A DNA stretch of 64,000 bases from Octopus vulgaris (lineage: Eukaryota): positions 248,001-312,000 of the forward strand of contig OX597829.1 of NCBI GenBank assembly GCA_951406725.2. Reading direction: 5' to 3'. A model generated the notes under the pieces. That model made no database searches, was not told the origin of the DNA, and saw nothing but the letters and a program-made list of their open reading frames with translations. Each line of letters opens with the position of its first letter. The first letter of the stretch is position 1. Positions 42,476-56,347 of the stretch are shown here, one piece after another. The translations under genes were made by a program, and so were the position numbers.

Positions 42476-42661
42476 GTTTACTTCTGTCGCGAAATGAGTG
42501 GCATTGGCACCATCACTCACAGAATTATAGGATCGGTACTCTTTTATGATTCCAGGGAATCGTCTGATATAGGTGGAATTGATGCATCTCATCATTTGAT
42601 CGAGAGGTGCTAAGATGCAATTATTCGAAAACACTTCACAGGAATTGTCGATTCCCACCAA
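42476..42661 (-). pseudogene. Helitron PIF1-helicase-like fragment
   Basis: CILAPLDQMMRCINSTYIRRFPGIIKEYRSYNSV...HFATEVN resembles the ILAP.N..V..IN.....LPG....Y.S.DSV......YP.EFLN segment of Helitron helicases. Confidence 0.45.
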
Positions 42662-42762
42662 CGGAGTTTTGTTTCGTGTTTTTTCTTCAGGTTATTTCGC
42701 ATGCTTTCGACGAATGCGACATCGAAATCATGCGTAAACGGTCCCTTTCCCCAGAAAAGAAA

Positions 42763-42870
42763 AGATTTGACTGCTATTTCTTGCACGCCCTGCCGCCACG
42801 TAACAGCAATTTCGAGTCCTTTATCGCGAATAGCTGGTAGCAGGGCGTGATAGAAATAGCAGCCAAATCT
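42763..42870. repeat. Hairpin, ~36-bp imperfect arms
   Basis: AGATTTGACTGCTATTTCT..CACGCCCTGC.GCCA / TGGTAGCAGGGCGTG..AGAAATAGCAGCCAAATCT. Confidence 0.75.
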
Positions 42871-43431
42871 TTGGAGGTGAGATACGTTTAATGCATTCGA
42901 AAAAAAATTCCATGGAAAAAAATTATTTCACACTGAACGGGTCTTTTACGAAATATTTACAGAATTTTTTAAATCATTTTCACTTGAGGATATTCTTTAA
43001 ATATGTCAAAAATAATGTTTGTATGGTATTCACACTGAAAATAATTTTTAAAAAGATTAAACTAACTGTCTGTTTAAAGAAAGCTAAAATATAAATACTT
43101 ACTGTACAAACAACATTTTTGAAATCACATTCACTTAAAAATATTTCTAAAGGATTAAAATATTGTGTTTAACAAAAGCGAAAATAGAAACTTTTACTGT
43201 AAAAAAGCAACTCGTAATTTATAGTTGGCAAGTCACTAAGACTTTTGCACATCATAATGTGTCTAATCAACAGGTTAGAGTTTCTTCCCTTTCGGGGTTA
43301 AACTTGTTTTATTCCGTCTGTATTCACATTTCAGGAGACCCTTAATTCACGGTATTTACCCATTATCTGCCAGTAAGGTTGTGTAACATTGCAAGCAAGC
43401 AAGAATGAAGTTCATTTAAAATATAATATAT

Positions 43432-43692
43432 AAGGCGACGAGCTGGCAGAAACGTTAGCATGCCGGACGAAATGCTTAGCGGTACATCGTCTGTCTTTAC
43501 GTTCTGAGTTCAAATACCGCGGAGGTCAACTTTGCCTTTCATCCTTTCGGGGTCGATAAATTAAGTACCAGTTGTGTACTGAGATCAATCTAATCGACTG
43601 GACCTCTCCCCCAAAATTTCGGGCCTTGTGCCTTGAGTAGAAAGGAATATAATATATATATATATATTACATCTATGTGTATATATATATGT

Positions 43693-43747
<55 letters not shown>

Positions 43748-43940
43748 TTTATATACTTATAAACATATACATACATACAAATATACATACATTCTGAGTT
43801 CAAATTCCGCAGGTCGACTTTGCCTTTCATCCTTTCAGGGTCGATTAAATAAGTACCAGTTACGCACTGGGGTCGATACAATCGACTTAATCCGTTTGTT
43901 TGTTCCCTCTATCTTTAGCCCACTGTGGGCAATAAAGAGA
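43432..43940 (+). mobile_element. Two SINE-A pieces (43432-43650 and 43790-43940) separated by microsatellite
   Basis: Head and core as above. Confidence 0.85.
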
Positions 43941-45728
43941 TTAATATATCTACGCACATGCATAAATATACGCATGCATACATGCTTGCGCTTGGTTCCT
44001 ATAATACTTTGAAGCTGTGAACAGAATTATGATATAAAAATAGGTAACATGACCGCACACCTCAAATTGTTTTCAGATCAACGCAAAATTAATTTTCGCG
44101 TGAAATGCTCTGGATTATGTGAATACGGGTAGATTGATAAACAATTGATTAGCTTCAAAAGCTACATTAAAGAAATACTAGAAAGTTTTGATAAACATTG
44201 TCTTAAACGCAGCTTTGAAAATACTTTTGAATTCTTAGATTTGCATGAATTGTATCCAAATCTCTGAAAGTATTTAGCAGAGGAAAAACTTTTATTTTCA
44301 AAATTTGTTAGAGAAGACAGGGATCTTTCAAAATATCGACACAATAATCTCAAAAAAATGTACCATGTAATGAAAAGATATATCCGAGATCGGAACTAAT
44401 TCTCAATAAACTGCATGAAGTAAATGGTTTAAACGTTCTGTTGTGTTGTCTAAACATGTTTTTACTAGGTTTAGACAACAGTCAAAAAAGAAAGTCAAGT
44501 AACGAGACATACACGACACCAGGCAAACAATGGTACGCAGGTTGCATGAGAAAAATGTTCTGAATATTTGAAAGGAATATGGCTGTTTAATTCGTGACAC
44601 AGGGTTTAATGGCGATACTTAGAGATTTATTCAAATGCTATCGATGATTGAAAAAATGCTTGTTAGCATCTATGTAGACTCATCTTAATGCAAAAAGGTA
44701 ACATTATCTATCCTACCTGCTGTTATTAAACGCCAGAAAGCTATTGCTAGCAACAGGCTTAACACATGCATTAAGCAGAAACAAACTACGAACAGATGCT
44801 ACAACGTGCATTCAGGTGAAGGTCTGTTTAAAGATAAGGTCATTTTGGGTTAATGATACTCTAATGTTCAGATCACGGAGAACAGGTGGTGAATGGGAGC
44901 AGATTATGTATTCACAGCACGAACTCTGAAAAATGTTATATGTAATAAAATCGGTTGGCTTTGATTACTTGTCGAAACAGGAAAATGCTGTAACTAAACA
45001 TAATACAGTTTTCGATGCAAAGAATGAAACGTTAGCAGGAAATGTCTTTTGAAATTGCCACAAGATATAATTGAGAAACGGTTAGAGAAAACTGATATCT
45101 AAAAAGGAGGAAACAAATAAGAATTAAATGCCCTAAAATTCCTCTCTCAATACACGAGCAGAACCGGAACACCCTAGTAATGGCACTCTAGCAATTACGA
45201 CCTCGTTAACAAGAATATGCATTTAGCATAAATAATTTAAACAAAATTTATAAAAGAACAGTATATGCAATACTGAGTCATACAAGTGTACTTGAATAAT
45301 GTACTTGAATACTGTACTTAAACTGTCTTTGCTTGAGTTAACAAATCAAATTACTTTTATTTTCTCAGTTTTAAATTAATGATTTGTTTAAAATAAATAA
45401 TTAAATATTTTGATTGCTACTCGTGATCTGGAAGATAATGTAGACAAAATATGGCGTTGCTGACTTTTAAATACAAAATCAAAAATAAAGAAGAATAAGA
45501 AAAAAAACCCTGAAGAGTATCAAATGTTGTGTTTCCTAACGAGATAAACCATTTTCATAAGACATCTACGTTTACTGTGTTTAAACTTGAAACACACACG
45601 CAAACACAAAAACACATATATACATACACACAGGTTACTACCACTCGTAAGAAATGGAGAATACTACAGCTCAAAGAAACACTCAACATTTAATACGTGC
45701 GTATATGTACACACACACAAGCACACGC

Positions 45729-45759
<31 letters not shown>

Positions 45760-45761
<2 letters not shown>

Positions 45762-46133
45762 CATGCATGCATACACATACATTGATGCATACATATGTAC
45801 ACCTCCACATACACCCACATATGTGTACATACATATATAATGCATGTATGCATACATACATACATACATACATGCATAAATAAATACATACATACATAGT
45901 GCATGCATGCATACATACATATATACATACATATATACATACATGCATAAATAAATACATACATACATGCATAAATAACTACATACATACATAATGCATG
46001 CATACATACATACATAATGCATGCATGCATACATACATATACACATATATACATATATACATACATAATGCATGCATGCATGCATACATACATACAAACA
46101 TACATACATACATGCATACATGCATACCTACAT

Positions 46134-46164
<31 letters not shown>

Positions 46165-46410
46165 TACATGCATACATACATACAAACATACATACATACA
46201 TACATACATACATACATACATACATACATACATACATACAAACATACATACATACATACATACATACAAACATACATACATACATACATACATACATACA
46301 CACATACATACATACATACATACATACATACATACATACACACATACATACATACACACATACATACATACATACATACAAACATACATATACATGCATA
46401 CATACAGATA
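45760..46410. repeat. (CATA)n/(CATG)n array
   Basis: Direct reading. Confidence 0.95.
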
Positions 46411-46611
46411 CATGTCTGTTTTTATGTTCAGTTGTAATAAAAACAATTTCACATTAATCGTATTGGTTACTCCAAACTTTCGTAGAGTACAAATCTATTA
46501 TTCTTATTTAAAAAAATGCTGTTGACAATGACTTCGAAGTTTCGGCCATCATCTCACGATGGCTTAGCTAGCCGAAATTTTGAAGTCACTGTCCACAAAC
46601 TTATATATAAG

Positions 46612-46690
<79 letters not shown>

Positions 46691-46875
46691 CATATATATA
46701 GATCTAAATAACAAAGTGAACTCAGTGATAAAAAATCTACAGATGGAGAAGGTCATCCTGCTATCACGTTCGTAATGATAAAATTAACCTCTCTGTCTAT
46801 ATATCTACCCTCTTTGTAATGTTGGCAAATGGAATAATTATAAAAATGTACATTGTCCATTTAATTAAAACATTC

Positions 46876-46961
46876 GTAGCTGAAGATTGCTTTACATTTT
46901 AAAACTGATGTAATACTTACAGTGTTTAATAAAATGAAGTAGCATGAAACGATTGTACTAC
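46876..46961 (+). ncRNA. Type I hammerhead ribozyme motif with extended stem II (in element 46795-46997)
   Basis: GTAG-CTGAAGA-[~59 nt stem II]-GAAAC-GATT-GTA-CTAC; perfect stem I GTAG/CTAC. Confidence 0.75.
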
Positions 46962-47002
46962 ACTATCTTGGATATGCTTGTTGCTCATTTTGATTTTATA
47001 TA

Positions 47003-47055
<53 letters not shown>

Positions 47056-47059
47056 TAGA

Positions 47060-47622
47060 CTAGACTACCCGTGACCCATTGGGTCATGACGGTTCAGGTT
47101 ATAAAACATTGAACCTGATTCCAACATTACACTGAAATGAAAGTTATTCTTATGGCGATTCAATTAAATATTTCAAATCGTTCGTGTCATTATAGGTCTG
47201 GTTTACAAGTTCATTTTCAAAGTTTTATTGATTATTTACAGCATCTAATAGAAACAGAACTTCCGGATAAACTTGAACATTCATTTATAGCTTATGTGCA
47301 CACTTCTACAAAAATGTAAAAGAAATTGTTATATAACGTAAACATGAAATTAACGGAAACAGTTTTCACAGTATTATATATTCCCATTTCTAGGTTATGT
47401 TACTTTCGGAGTGTTTTCCCACTGTGCACCGTTTTGGTTATTTATGAAGGTTACCCTACCAAAACTGCGTATCTCGGGAATCCGTGGTCCGATTTACACA
47501 AAACTTGTTCTATTCCGTTTGTATTCACATTCGAGGGGTACCTTACTTACATAGTATTTTCCCATTATATGCCGGGTTAGCTGTATTAAATTAGGTAGCT
47601 ATCACAGAGTTTTAATAATATA
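47060..47622 (-). mobile_element. Non-autonomous Helitron-like element
   Basis: Minus-strand 3' end: hairpin TGACCCAATGGGTCA, then CTAG followed by T; 5' end TATATTATTAAAAC; an internal piece recurs at ~43300-43380. Confidence 0.55.
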
Positions 47623-47850
47623 TGCGCCCTTTTAAAGCCTAGCCAGGCCCATGGGCCAGGTTTCCTGGTTTTTATGAACGGGACACCAGTCCATCGCAGC
47701 ATTACTCATTTTTGCCAGCTGAGTGGACTGGAGCAACGTGAAATGAAGTGTTTTGCTCAAGAACACAACGCATCGCCCGGTTCAGGAATCGAAACCACAA
47801 TCTCACGATCGTGATGCTGACACTCTAACCACTAAGCCACGCGCATCCAC
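47623..47850 (-). mobile_element. tRNA-derived SINE family C
   Basis: Minus strand GTGGCTTAGTGGTTAGAG (A box), GTTTCGATTCC (B box), GTTGTGTTCTTGAGCAAAACAC core. Confidence 0.85.
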
Positions 47851-47851
47851 T

Positions 47852-47904
<53 letters not shown>

Positions 47905-47968
47905 GTATGTATTGTGTATACATATATATGGATGTGTATATATATGTATGTGTATGTATGTATGTGCA

Positions 47969-48011
<43 letters not shown>

Positions 48012-48108
48012 TTATAAGCAACTATGAGTCCACCCCATCTTATAGAGGAGACAATTGTAAGCTAATGATGTTCATTACAATCGTGTATTCCTTTGTTAAC
48101 TATCTATC

Positions 48109-49172
<1,064 letters not shown>

Positions 49173-49312
49173 TATCTATCTATCTATCTATCAATCTATT
49201 TATCTATCTATCTATCTATCTATCTATTTATCTATTTATCTATCTATTTATCTATCTATCTATATCTATCTATTTATCTATCTATCTATATCTATCTATC
49301 TATATATCTATA

Positions 49313-49435
<123 letters not shown>

Positions 49436-49776
49436 AATGAAACTAAGCATAAAACTATTTATAAGTATTTATGGTTACAATGCCTTACGAAGGTTCATTA
49501 ACATAAAGTGATTATTGGTTACAATATATAGATTACAGAAGAAAACTTTGTCAAATCATCAGAGACGTGTAACTTTTAAACGTAACGTTATTGAGCTTTA
49601 AATATGAAAGAATTCTGCATTAAGGAGATAGCTAGATAGACACGCACGCTTACAGCTGTTTCAGTACATAATTATGTTTTCAAAAGTAAGTATAAATATA
49701 TGTCCTGCAATAAAGGTAGGTATTTTTGTTTTGCTTTTTGTTCTCTTTTTATTGAAGTGTTGTTTGTTCTTTCTCG

Positions 49777-50061
49777 AGGCATGCCTGGCTCATAAGGGCT
49801 GGTTTCCCGGTTTATTGGCGTATAGGTTCCCCACCTTGACGGGACGTCGGTCCGTCGCAGGTGAGCTGCGAGATGCAGGAGGAAAGAGTGAGAGAAAGTT
49901 GTGCCGAAAAAGCCAGCAGAAGTTTGCCATTACTTTCTGCCGAGCCACATGGACCTTAGGTGTTTCGCTCATAGACACATGCATTGTCCGGTCTAAGATT
50001 CGAACCCGTGATCCCTCGACCGCGAATCCATTGCTCTAACCACTCGGCCATGTGCCCCCAC
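49777..50061 (-). mobile_element. tRNA(Arg)-like SINE
   Basis: Minus strand TGGCCGAGTGGTTAGAGC..TTCGC..GGGTTCGAATC; 3' end related to that of the 47623 SINE. Confidence 0.8.
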
Positions 50062-50135
50062 TTTTTTAAGTACTTATGTTAATTATTTACATTATTTACA
50101 TTTGACGGATATTTGTCCTCATCTTGTTTGTTGTT

Positions 50136-50181
50136 GACACAACGTTTCGGCTGATATACCCTCCAGCCTTCATCAGGTGTC
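50136..50181 (-). ncRNA. Minimal type I hammerhead ribozyme, intact consensus
   Basis: GACAC-CTGATGA-A-GGCTG-GAGGGTATAT-CAGCC-GAAAC-GTT-GTGTC; perfect stems I and II; palindromic AACGTT stem III. Confidence 0.85.
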
Positions 50182-50280
50182 TTAGGGAAATTTCGAACCT
50201 GGGTTCTCATTCCTAAGGCATTTTTCGATGTTGTTATTATTATTATTATTATCATCATTATTATTATTATTATTATTATT

Positions 50281-50355
50281 CAGGTCACTGCCTGGAAACG
50301 AACTCGTAATCTTGAGGTTAGTAGTCTGCGCTCTTAACCACTACGCCATATGCCC
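50281..50355 (-). promoter_or_regulatory. tRNA-derived Pol III promoter head (A and B boxes); not a functional tRNA
   Basis: GGGCATA-TGGCGTAGTGG-TTAAGAGCGCAGACTACTAACCTCAAGATTACG-AGTTCGTTTCC-AGGCAGTGACCTG; stems do not close into a good cloverleaf. Confidence 0.75.
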
Positions 50356-50361
50356 GTGGGC

Positions 50362-50424
<63 letters not shown>

Positions 50425-50434
50425 TAACAATAAC

Positions 50435-50479
<45 letters not shown>

Positions 50480-50546
50480 AATAATGATAATAATAACATC
50501 GAAAAATACCTTAGGAATGAGATCCCAGGTTCGAAATTTTCCCCAA

Positions 50547-50592
50547 GGCACCTGATGAAGGCTGGAGGGTATATCAGTCGAAACGTTGTGTT
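50547..50592 (+). ncRNA. Minimal type I hammerhead ribozyme
   Basis: GGCAC-CTGATGA-A-GGCTG...CAGTC-GAAAC-GTT-GTGTT; differences from the left copy keep pairing through G-U. Confidence 0.8.
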
Positions 50593-50904
50593 AACAACAA
50601 ACAAGATGAGGACAAATATCTGTCGATATAAATAATATCTGTCGATGTAAATAATATAAATAATGTACATAATTCCTCATCTCTTAAATATAGAACTGTA
50701 CTTATGTTAAATAATTATTTTACTTAATGAGTTGCTAGCTGCTAGAGTGCCAGTACTAAGCTATTCCGGTTCTGCTCGTGTATTGAAAGAAGAATTATTT
50801 TAGGGCATTTAATTAAAATGTGATTCCTTCTTTTTAGGTTTTAGTTTTCCCTAACCGTTTCTCAATTATATCTTGTGGCAATCTCAAAAAACATTTACTC
50901 TTAT

Positions 50905-51272
50905 TTTCTCTTTTACTCTTTTACTTGTTTCAGTCATTTGACTGTGGCCATGCTGGAGTACAGCCTTTAGTCGAGCAAATCGACCCCAGGACTTATTCTT
51001 TGGAAGCCTAGTACTTATTCTATCGGTTTCTTTTGCCGAACCGCTAAGTTATGGTGACGTAAACACACCAGCATCGGTTGTCAAGCGATGTTAGGAGGAC
51101 AAACGTAGACACACAAACACACACATACATAAATATATATGCATATATACGACGGGCTTCTTTCAGTTTCCGTCTACCAAATCCACTCACAAGGCTTTGG
51201 TCGGCCCGTGGCTATAGTAGAAGACACTTGCCCAAGGTTCCACGCAGTGGGACCGAACCTGGGACCATGTGG
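50905..51272 (-). mobile_element. SINE family B
   Basis: Reverse complement of the 3052-3590 family. Confidence 0.9.
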
Positions 51273-52012
51273 TTTCACTCTTTGCTTCGAAAGTAGTATT
51301 AGGCTGTTATTCAGTTAAGTTACGACATTTTCCCGTTTCGATAAGTTATCTAGTCAACCGATTTCACTACTTATAACGTTTTTCAGAGCTCGTGCTGTGG
51401 ATACCTTCTTGCGCTTCACGAAACAATAAATGCACTGTTATTGACAGCCGATCCCAATTCCCAATCATCCTCTGATTTACCGCAAATTAACTACGAATTC
51501 GGTAAACAACTATTATTGTAAACATCTACGACGTAAACAACTATTGTTCGGTGACCCGGATGTATGACTTATCTCGCCGCGTAAGGAAACGAGAGAAAGG
51601 CGGAGAGCTGTGATTTATTCTTGAACGTGATTGATGAAATGTATTTACTAGGTAACAAGTAAATTAAAATGGAATATGAAAAATTATTTAATAGAAGAGG
51701 AATTCATTCAGAATCATCTTGAACCGAGAAAGGTAAGCTTCATCGCCATCACTGATGCTACAAAGGAATACAAATTAAGACAACTGGAATTTCATTACCG
51801 TACCTTAAAGTACTGGCAAGTGCACTGGTTTGTTTGTTGTTTGTAATATATCTACGTAAATACGTAAAGAAATGGTAATGATCAAAGGAAGCTTTCAAGC
51901 TACATCCTATTGTTTGGATCGTAATTAGCTTTACTGACTCGTCAACTCTGCTCTTCAAGTTCCATACGACTCATCTACTTCGCTCTTCAAGTTCAACGAC
52001 GGTCAAGTCATC

Positions 52013-53190
52013 ATGCCGAGACGAGCATTCACTGTCGTCCTCAAGCTCTCAGTTTTCAGGTTTGCTGAGGAGTTATGAAACCGTGCAGCGGGCCTTCACT
52101 TCGGGATTGACGAACCTGTTGTCCGACGATGGCGCTCCAATAAGGTCACAATCGAGTCGATGCCCAAGAAGAAGGCGATGATGGATAAGACGGTGCAGTG
52201 GCCGGAATTGGAGGAGAGGCTTCCCAGGTGGGCGAAGGAGAAGAGGATGGTGGGACCCACGGTATCGACACTCATCCTTCGAATCGAGGCCAAAAAATCA
52301 CCAAAGACATCGGCGTCAGAGACTTCTGTTCCAGCGCATCATGGGCCTTCCAGTTTATGCTATCAGCCCATCAGGCATCACACCCACATTGCACAGCGGC
52401 TGCCAGAAGATCTCGACGAGAAGACTGAGAGGTTCCAGAAGTTTATCATCAATCTGCGTAAATAGAATCAATACCCTCTGAGCCGCATCGGCAACGCAGA
52501 CCAAACTCCCCTCACGTTCGATCTTCCGATGGCGAGAACTGTTGCTGAGAAGGGGGAGAAGACAGTGGAAATCGTCACGACGGGTCACGAGAAGGACCGT
52601 ACTACGGTGATGCTGGCTTGCACGGCTGTCAGAGGAAAGCTGTCACCGTATGTCGTCTTCAAGAGGAAGACACTACCCGAAGACGCCAAGTTTCTGGAAG
52701 GGGTCATTGTTCGAGACCAAGCGAAAGGTTGGATGGACCAGGCACTCAACGAGGACTAGCTTCGGGTAGTGTGGGTTCGGCGCATCAGTGGACTGCATGA
52801 ATCTCCTGATTCTGGACGCATTCAGATGCCACAAGTCAGAAGAAACCAAGGCGAAAATACATCGTCTGAACATCGACGTGGCAATGATCCCCGGAGGAAT
52901 GACATCCCTTCTTCAGTCCTTTGATGTTGCAATCAACAAACCGTTTAAGGACCGGCTCAAGTAGCGCTGGGAGGATTGGATGGCCAATGCACCTAAGGAG
53001 ACGACAAAGACTGGATGCACGAAGAAAGTCGACTTGGGGACGATCTGCGAGCGGATCCTGAAGCTCTAGGAGGAGATTCCAGAAGACATCATCAAGCGGG
53101 CTTTCCTGAAGTACTGCATATCCAACGCGCTCAACATCACAGAAGATGACATCTTGTGAGAAGACGACGCCATTTCTCCCGAGGTGCACC
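52013..53190 (+). pseudogene. Decayed pogo-family (DD35D, POGK/Passer-like) transposase
   Basis: BrkDBD-like MPRRAFTVVLKLSV...RRWR; CENP-B HTH WPELEERL..W; catalytic IGNADQTP, LILDAFRCH and LQSFDVAINKPFK with 35 aa between the last two Asp; at least 6 stops plus frameshifts; no TIRs recognised. Confidence 0.9.
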
Positions 53191-53364
53191 CAGAGAGACT
53201 GAACCTGGAACCATATGGTTGGGACGCAAGCTTCTTAACTATACAGCCCCGTCTGCGCCTATGATAGGTAGCTCTTTTTTAATCGAAACCTAAAGAACGA
53301 AAGGCATTGATCACATTGGGTAGATTTGAACTTAGAGAGCGCAGTGAGTCGGGACAAATACATA

Positions 53365-53585
53365 TTTCTTTACTATCCACAAGGGGCTAAACACAGAAGG
53401 GACAAACAAAGACAGACAAAGGATTAAGTCGATTACATCGACCCCAGTGCGTAACTAGTACTTAATTTATCGACCCCGAAAGGATGAAAGGCAAAGTCGA
53501 CCTCGGCGGAATTTGAACTCAGAACGTAACGGCAGGCGAAATACTGCTGAGCATTTCGCCCGGCGTGCTAACGTTTCTGCCAGCT
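53365..53585 (-). mobile_element. SINE family A
   Basis: Well-preserved reverse-complement copy. Confidence 0.9.
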
Positions 53586-53969
53586 GTCCCACGAGGCATT
53601 TTATCCAACGCTTTAACGCCTCTGCTAATTCGCTCGCTGTATGCTTTATGAGAAGTTATCTCAAACGTAGAGTCATTGGTGAGTTGAAACATTTCTGGCA
53701 TGAAGGAAATGGTTTAAAGCATCAGTCACATGCAATTAACAAATTTCGTATAGGAAAAGAAGCCAAATCTTTTTTTTCAAAACGTGTACCAGCATCCTGT
53801 AAAGGTGGGTGGTGGGGGGAGAGAAAAATAACAGAAAAAAAAACAAGTGAAACATTGGATGACAAATTCAACATATATTGCATAAAGGTTAAAGCGGGAT
53901 GGTCATACCTGGAACACTTTATGATTATAGCTTTGTTCAGTGATGAATAGAGAATCAAAGTATCTTGAG

Positions 53970-54019
<50 letters not shown>

Positions 54020-54052
54020 ACAACAACAACAATAAAAGCGAATAGCAAGAAG

Positions 54053-54084
<32 letters not shown>

Positions 54085-54141
54085 GAAGAAGAAGAAGAAG
54101 AAGAAGAAGAAGAAGAAGAAGAAGAAGAAGAAGAAGAAGAA
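53970..54141. repeat. (CAT)n/(CAA)n and (GAA)n microsatellites
   Basis: Direct reading. Confidence 0.95.
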
Positions 54142-54179
54142 CTATTACTACTAAACAACACAAGCAAAAAGAGGCAATA

Positions 54180-54570
54180 ATAAGCCTTTCTATTATAGGC
54201 AGAAGGCCTGAAATTTTGGAGGAAAAGTCTAATCGATTACATAGACCCCGGTGTTTCACTGGTATTTATCTTATCGACATCGAAAGGATGAAAGGTGAAA
54301 TCGTCCTGAGCAGAACTTGAACTCAAGAACGTAGCGACGGGCAAAATACCTATTTCTTTACTACCCACAAGGGGCTAAACACAGAGGGGACAAACGGATT
54401 AAGTCGATTATATCGACCCAGTGCGTAATTGGAACTTATTTAATCGACCCCGAAAGGCTGAAAGGCAAAGTCGACCTCGTCGGAATTTGAACTCAGAACG
54501 TAGCGACAGAGGAAATACTGCTAAGCATTTCGCCAAGCGTGCTAACGTTTCTGCCAGCTCGTCGTCTTAT
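54180..54570 (-). mobile_element. SINE family A, dimeric
   Basis: Two core units on the minus strand. Confidence 0.85.
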
Positions 54571-55895
54571 AAACAAATATATACGCCTAAGAAAAACGAC
54601 AACAACAACAACAATTGCAAGCGAAACCTAAGAAAATAAAAAAACGACAGTACGAATAACAACGACCAGTAAACGGCAACGTCCGCAACAACAATTACGT
54701 GCGAAAATATTGCCGGAGGCAAAAACAACAACACGAACAATAAGCGAAAACTGTATTCATTGATCTACTTAACCTGGAAGAGTAGAATTACAGGTCATCG
54801 ACAGACAGGCCCGGTCATGAAATTTCTTTAAGGTATAAATGTTAATCAAGGTAACGTTACTAATCACGTCCCATATCCCCACTTACCTCCGCCTGACCAA
54901 GGTGGTGTTTGTTAGAAAATAATGTGCTCTACACCCCGTTTCCACCCCGTTGTATCTAGATTGTTCTAGATCGTCTTTATCGAATAAGCTATTTTATTTG
55001 TGATCGTTTACCGCCCGTCGCTGACGTCATCATTGTCGTTGTCATCATCATCGCTGTCATCACCGCCCGGCAAACGTTAAGATGATCCACACCCCTTCAT
55101 AGGGTACAGCTGCAGAGCAGGAACATCATCAGCATCATCATCATCATCATCATCATCAACGTTATCAGGAGCATCAGTGTCATCCGTCGTCAGCGTCATC
55201 ACGATTATCATCACCAGCAAGCACAGCACAGCAGAGAAGCAGCATTACCATCATCATCATCATCGACACTTTCATTTTTAAATGTTATTAGTTGCATCAA
55301 CAAATATGGCCGTGTTCATCTCCATCACCACATCACCACATCATCAACGTCCTCATCACCATCATCATCATCATCATCATCATCATTATCATCATCAAAG
55401 TAATTGTCATCGCCATCGTAATTAACTTCAACAATCTTCTTCTTCTTCTTCTTCTTCTTCTTCTTCTTCTTCTCCTTCTTCTCATTGTATACTATATATT
55501 CTTCCCTTCTATGTTCTATATATTAATTCATTTTCCCATTTCATTGCATGTAAACCGCAACACTTTATGTTTGCCTTTGTATTTATTCCTGTTCATCCCT
55601 TGCCCCGGTGGCAAATATAAAAAAATCATCAACATTGTCGCCATCATCATCATCATCATCATTATTATTGCTGTCGTCGTCGTCATCACCATCATCGTTG
55701 TTGTCGTCATTATCATCATCATCAGCAGCAGCGGTATTTCGTTCGTCTGTAGATTCTGGATTCAAATTCCTCCGAGGCCGACTTTACTTATCACCATTTT
55801 GGGGTCAATGAAATAAATTCCGGTTGCACGCTAGGTCGATGTAATCGACAAGCTCCTCCCTCCAAATTCCAGGCCTTGTGCCTATAGTAGAAAGA

Positions 55896-55948
<53 letters not shown>

Positions 55949-55950
<2 letters not shown>

Positions 55951-56347
55951 TATGTTTGACTTTTTCTTTACATTTGTACAAGTTGGCTCCAGGTCTCACC
56001 CAGAGACCTCAAGAGACAACAGGTTGGAAGTTCATTTTGTTGTTATGCCTAGTGTGTTATATATTTGGCTTTGTAGTTAGTGTTGTACTAGTGAATGTCT
56101 AAAAAAAACATACGAAAATTATGTTTGTTTTAAAACTTGAGATTACATAGAAAGTATTTTGCGTAGGATATGAGTACTATCTTTTGAATTTCTGCCATTT
56201 TGGGGTTTCCTGGTATCTGAGTTAGGTAGCAATTAGCCCCTTTTGCTATCATTCCCAGGGCACCTATGACAACAGGTATTGTTTTAGTCTTCAGCTTCCA
56301 CATTTTGCTGATTTCTATTTCCAGATCTTTATATTTGCTCAGTTTTT
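55949..56347 (-). mobile_element. R4/Dong-clade LINE 3' end running directly into (TAA)n
   Basis: KLSKYKDLEIEISKMWKLKTKTIPVVIGALGMI...HILRKILSM*, homologous to the end of the 10384 ORF; different 3' UTR; sits in the (ATT)n tail of SINE-A 55730-55897. Confidence 0.85.

Larger units (their letters stand above)
50083..50697. mobile_element. TSD-flanked non-autonomous element: tRNA-derived head + (AAT)n + hammerhead tail, as a head-to-head inverted pair (Penelope-like architecture)
   Basis: Direct repeat GTACTTATGTTAA at 50070-50082 and 50698-50710; inverted arms ~50083-50280 and ~50366-50665; two hammerheads. Confidence 0.85.

Noticed and set aside
50281-50355. Functional tRNA gene
   Set aside because: A/B boxes are present but acceptor, anticodon and T stems pair poorly; it is an element head. 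The same holds for the SINE heads.
54880-54960. Minus-strand host exon ending at a GAG/GTAAGT donor
   Set aside because: A good donor-like word, but no convincing acceptor, reading frame or recognisable protein.
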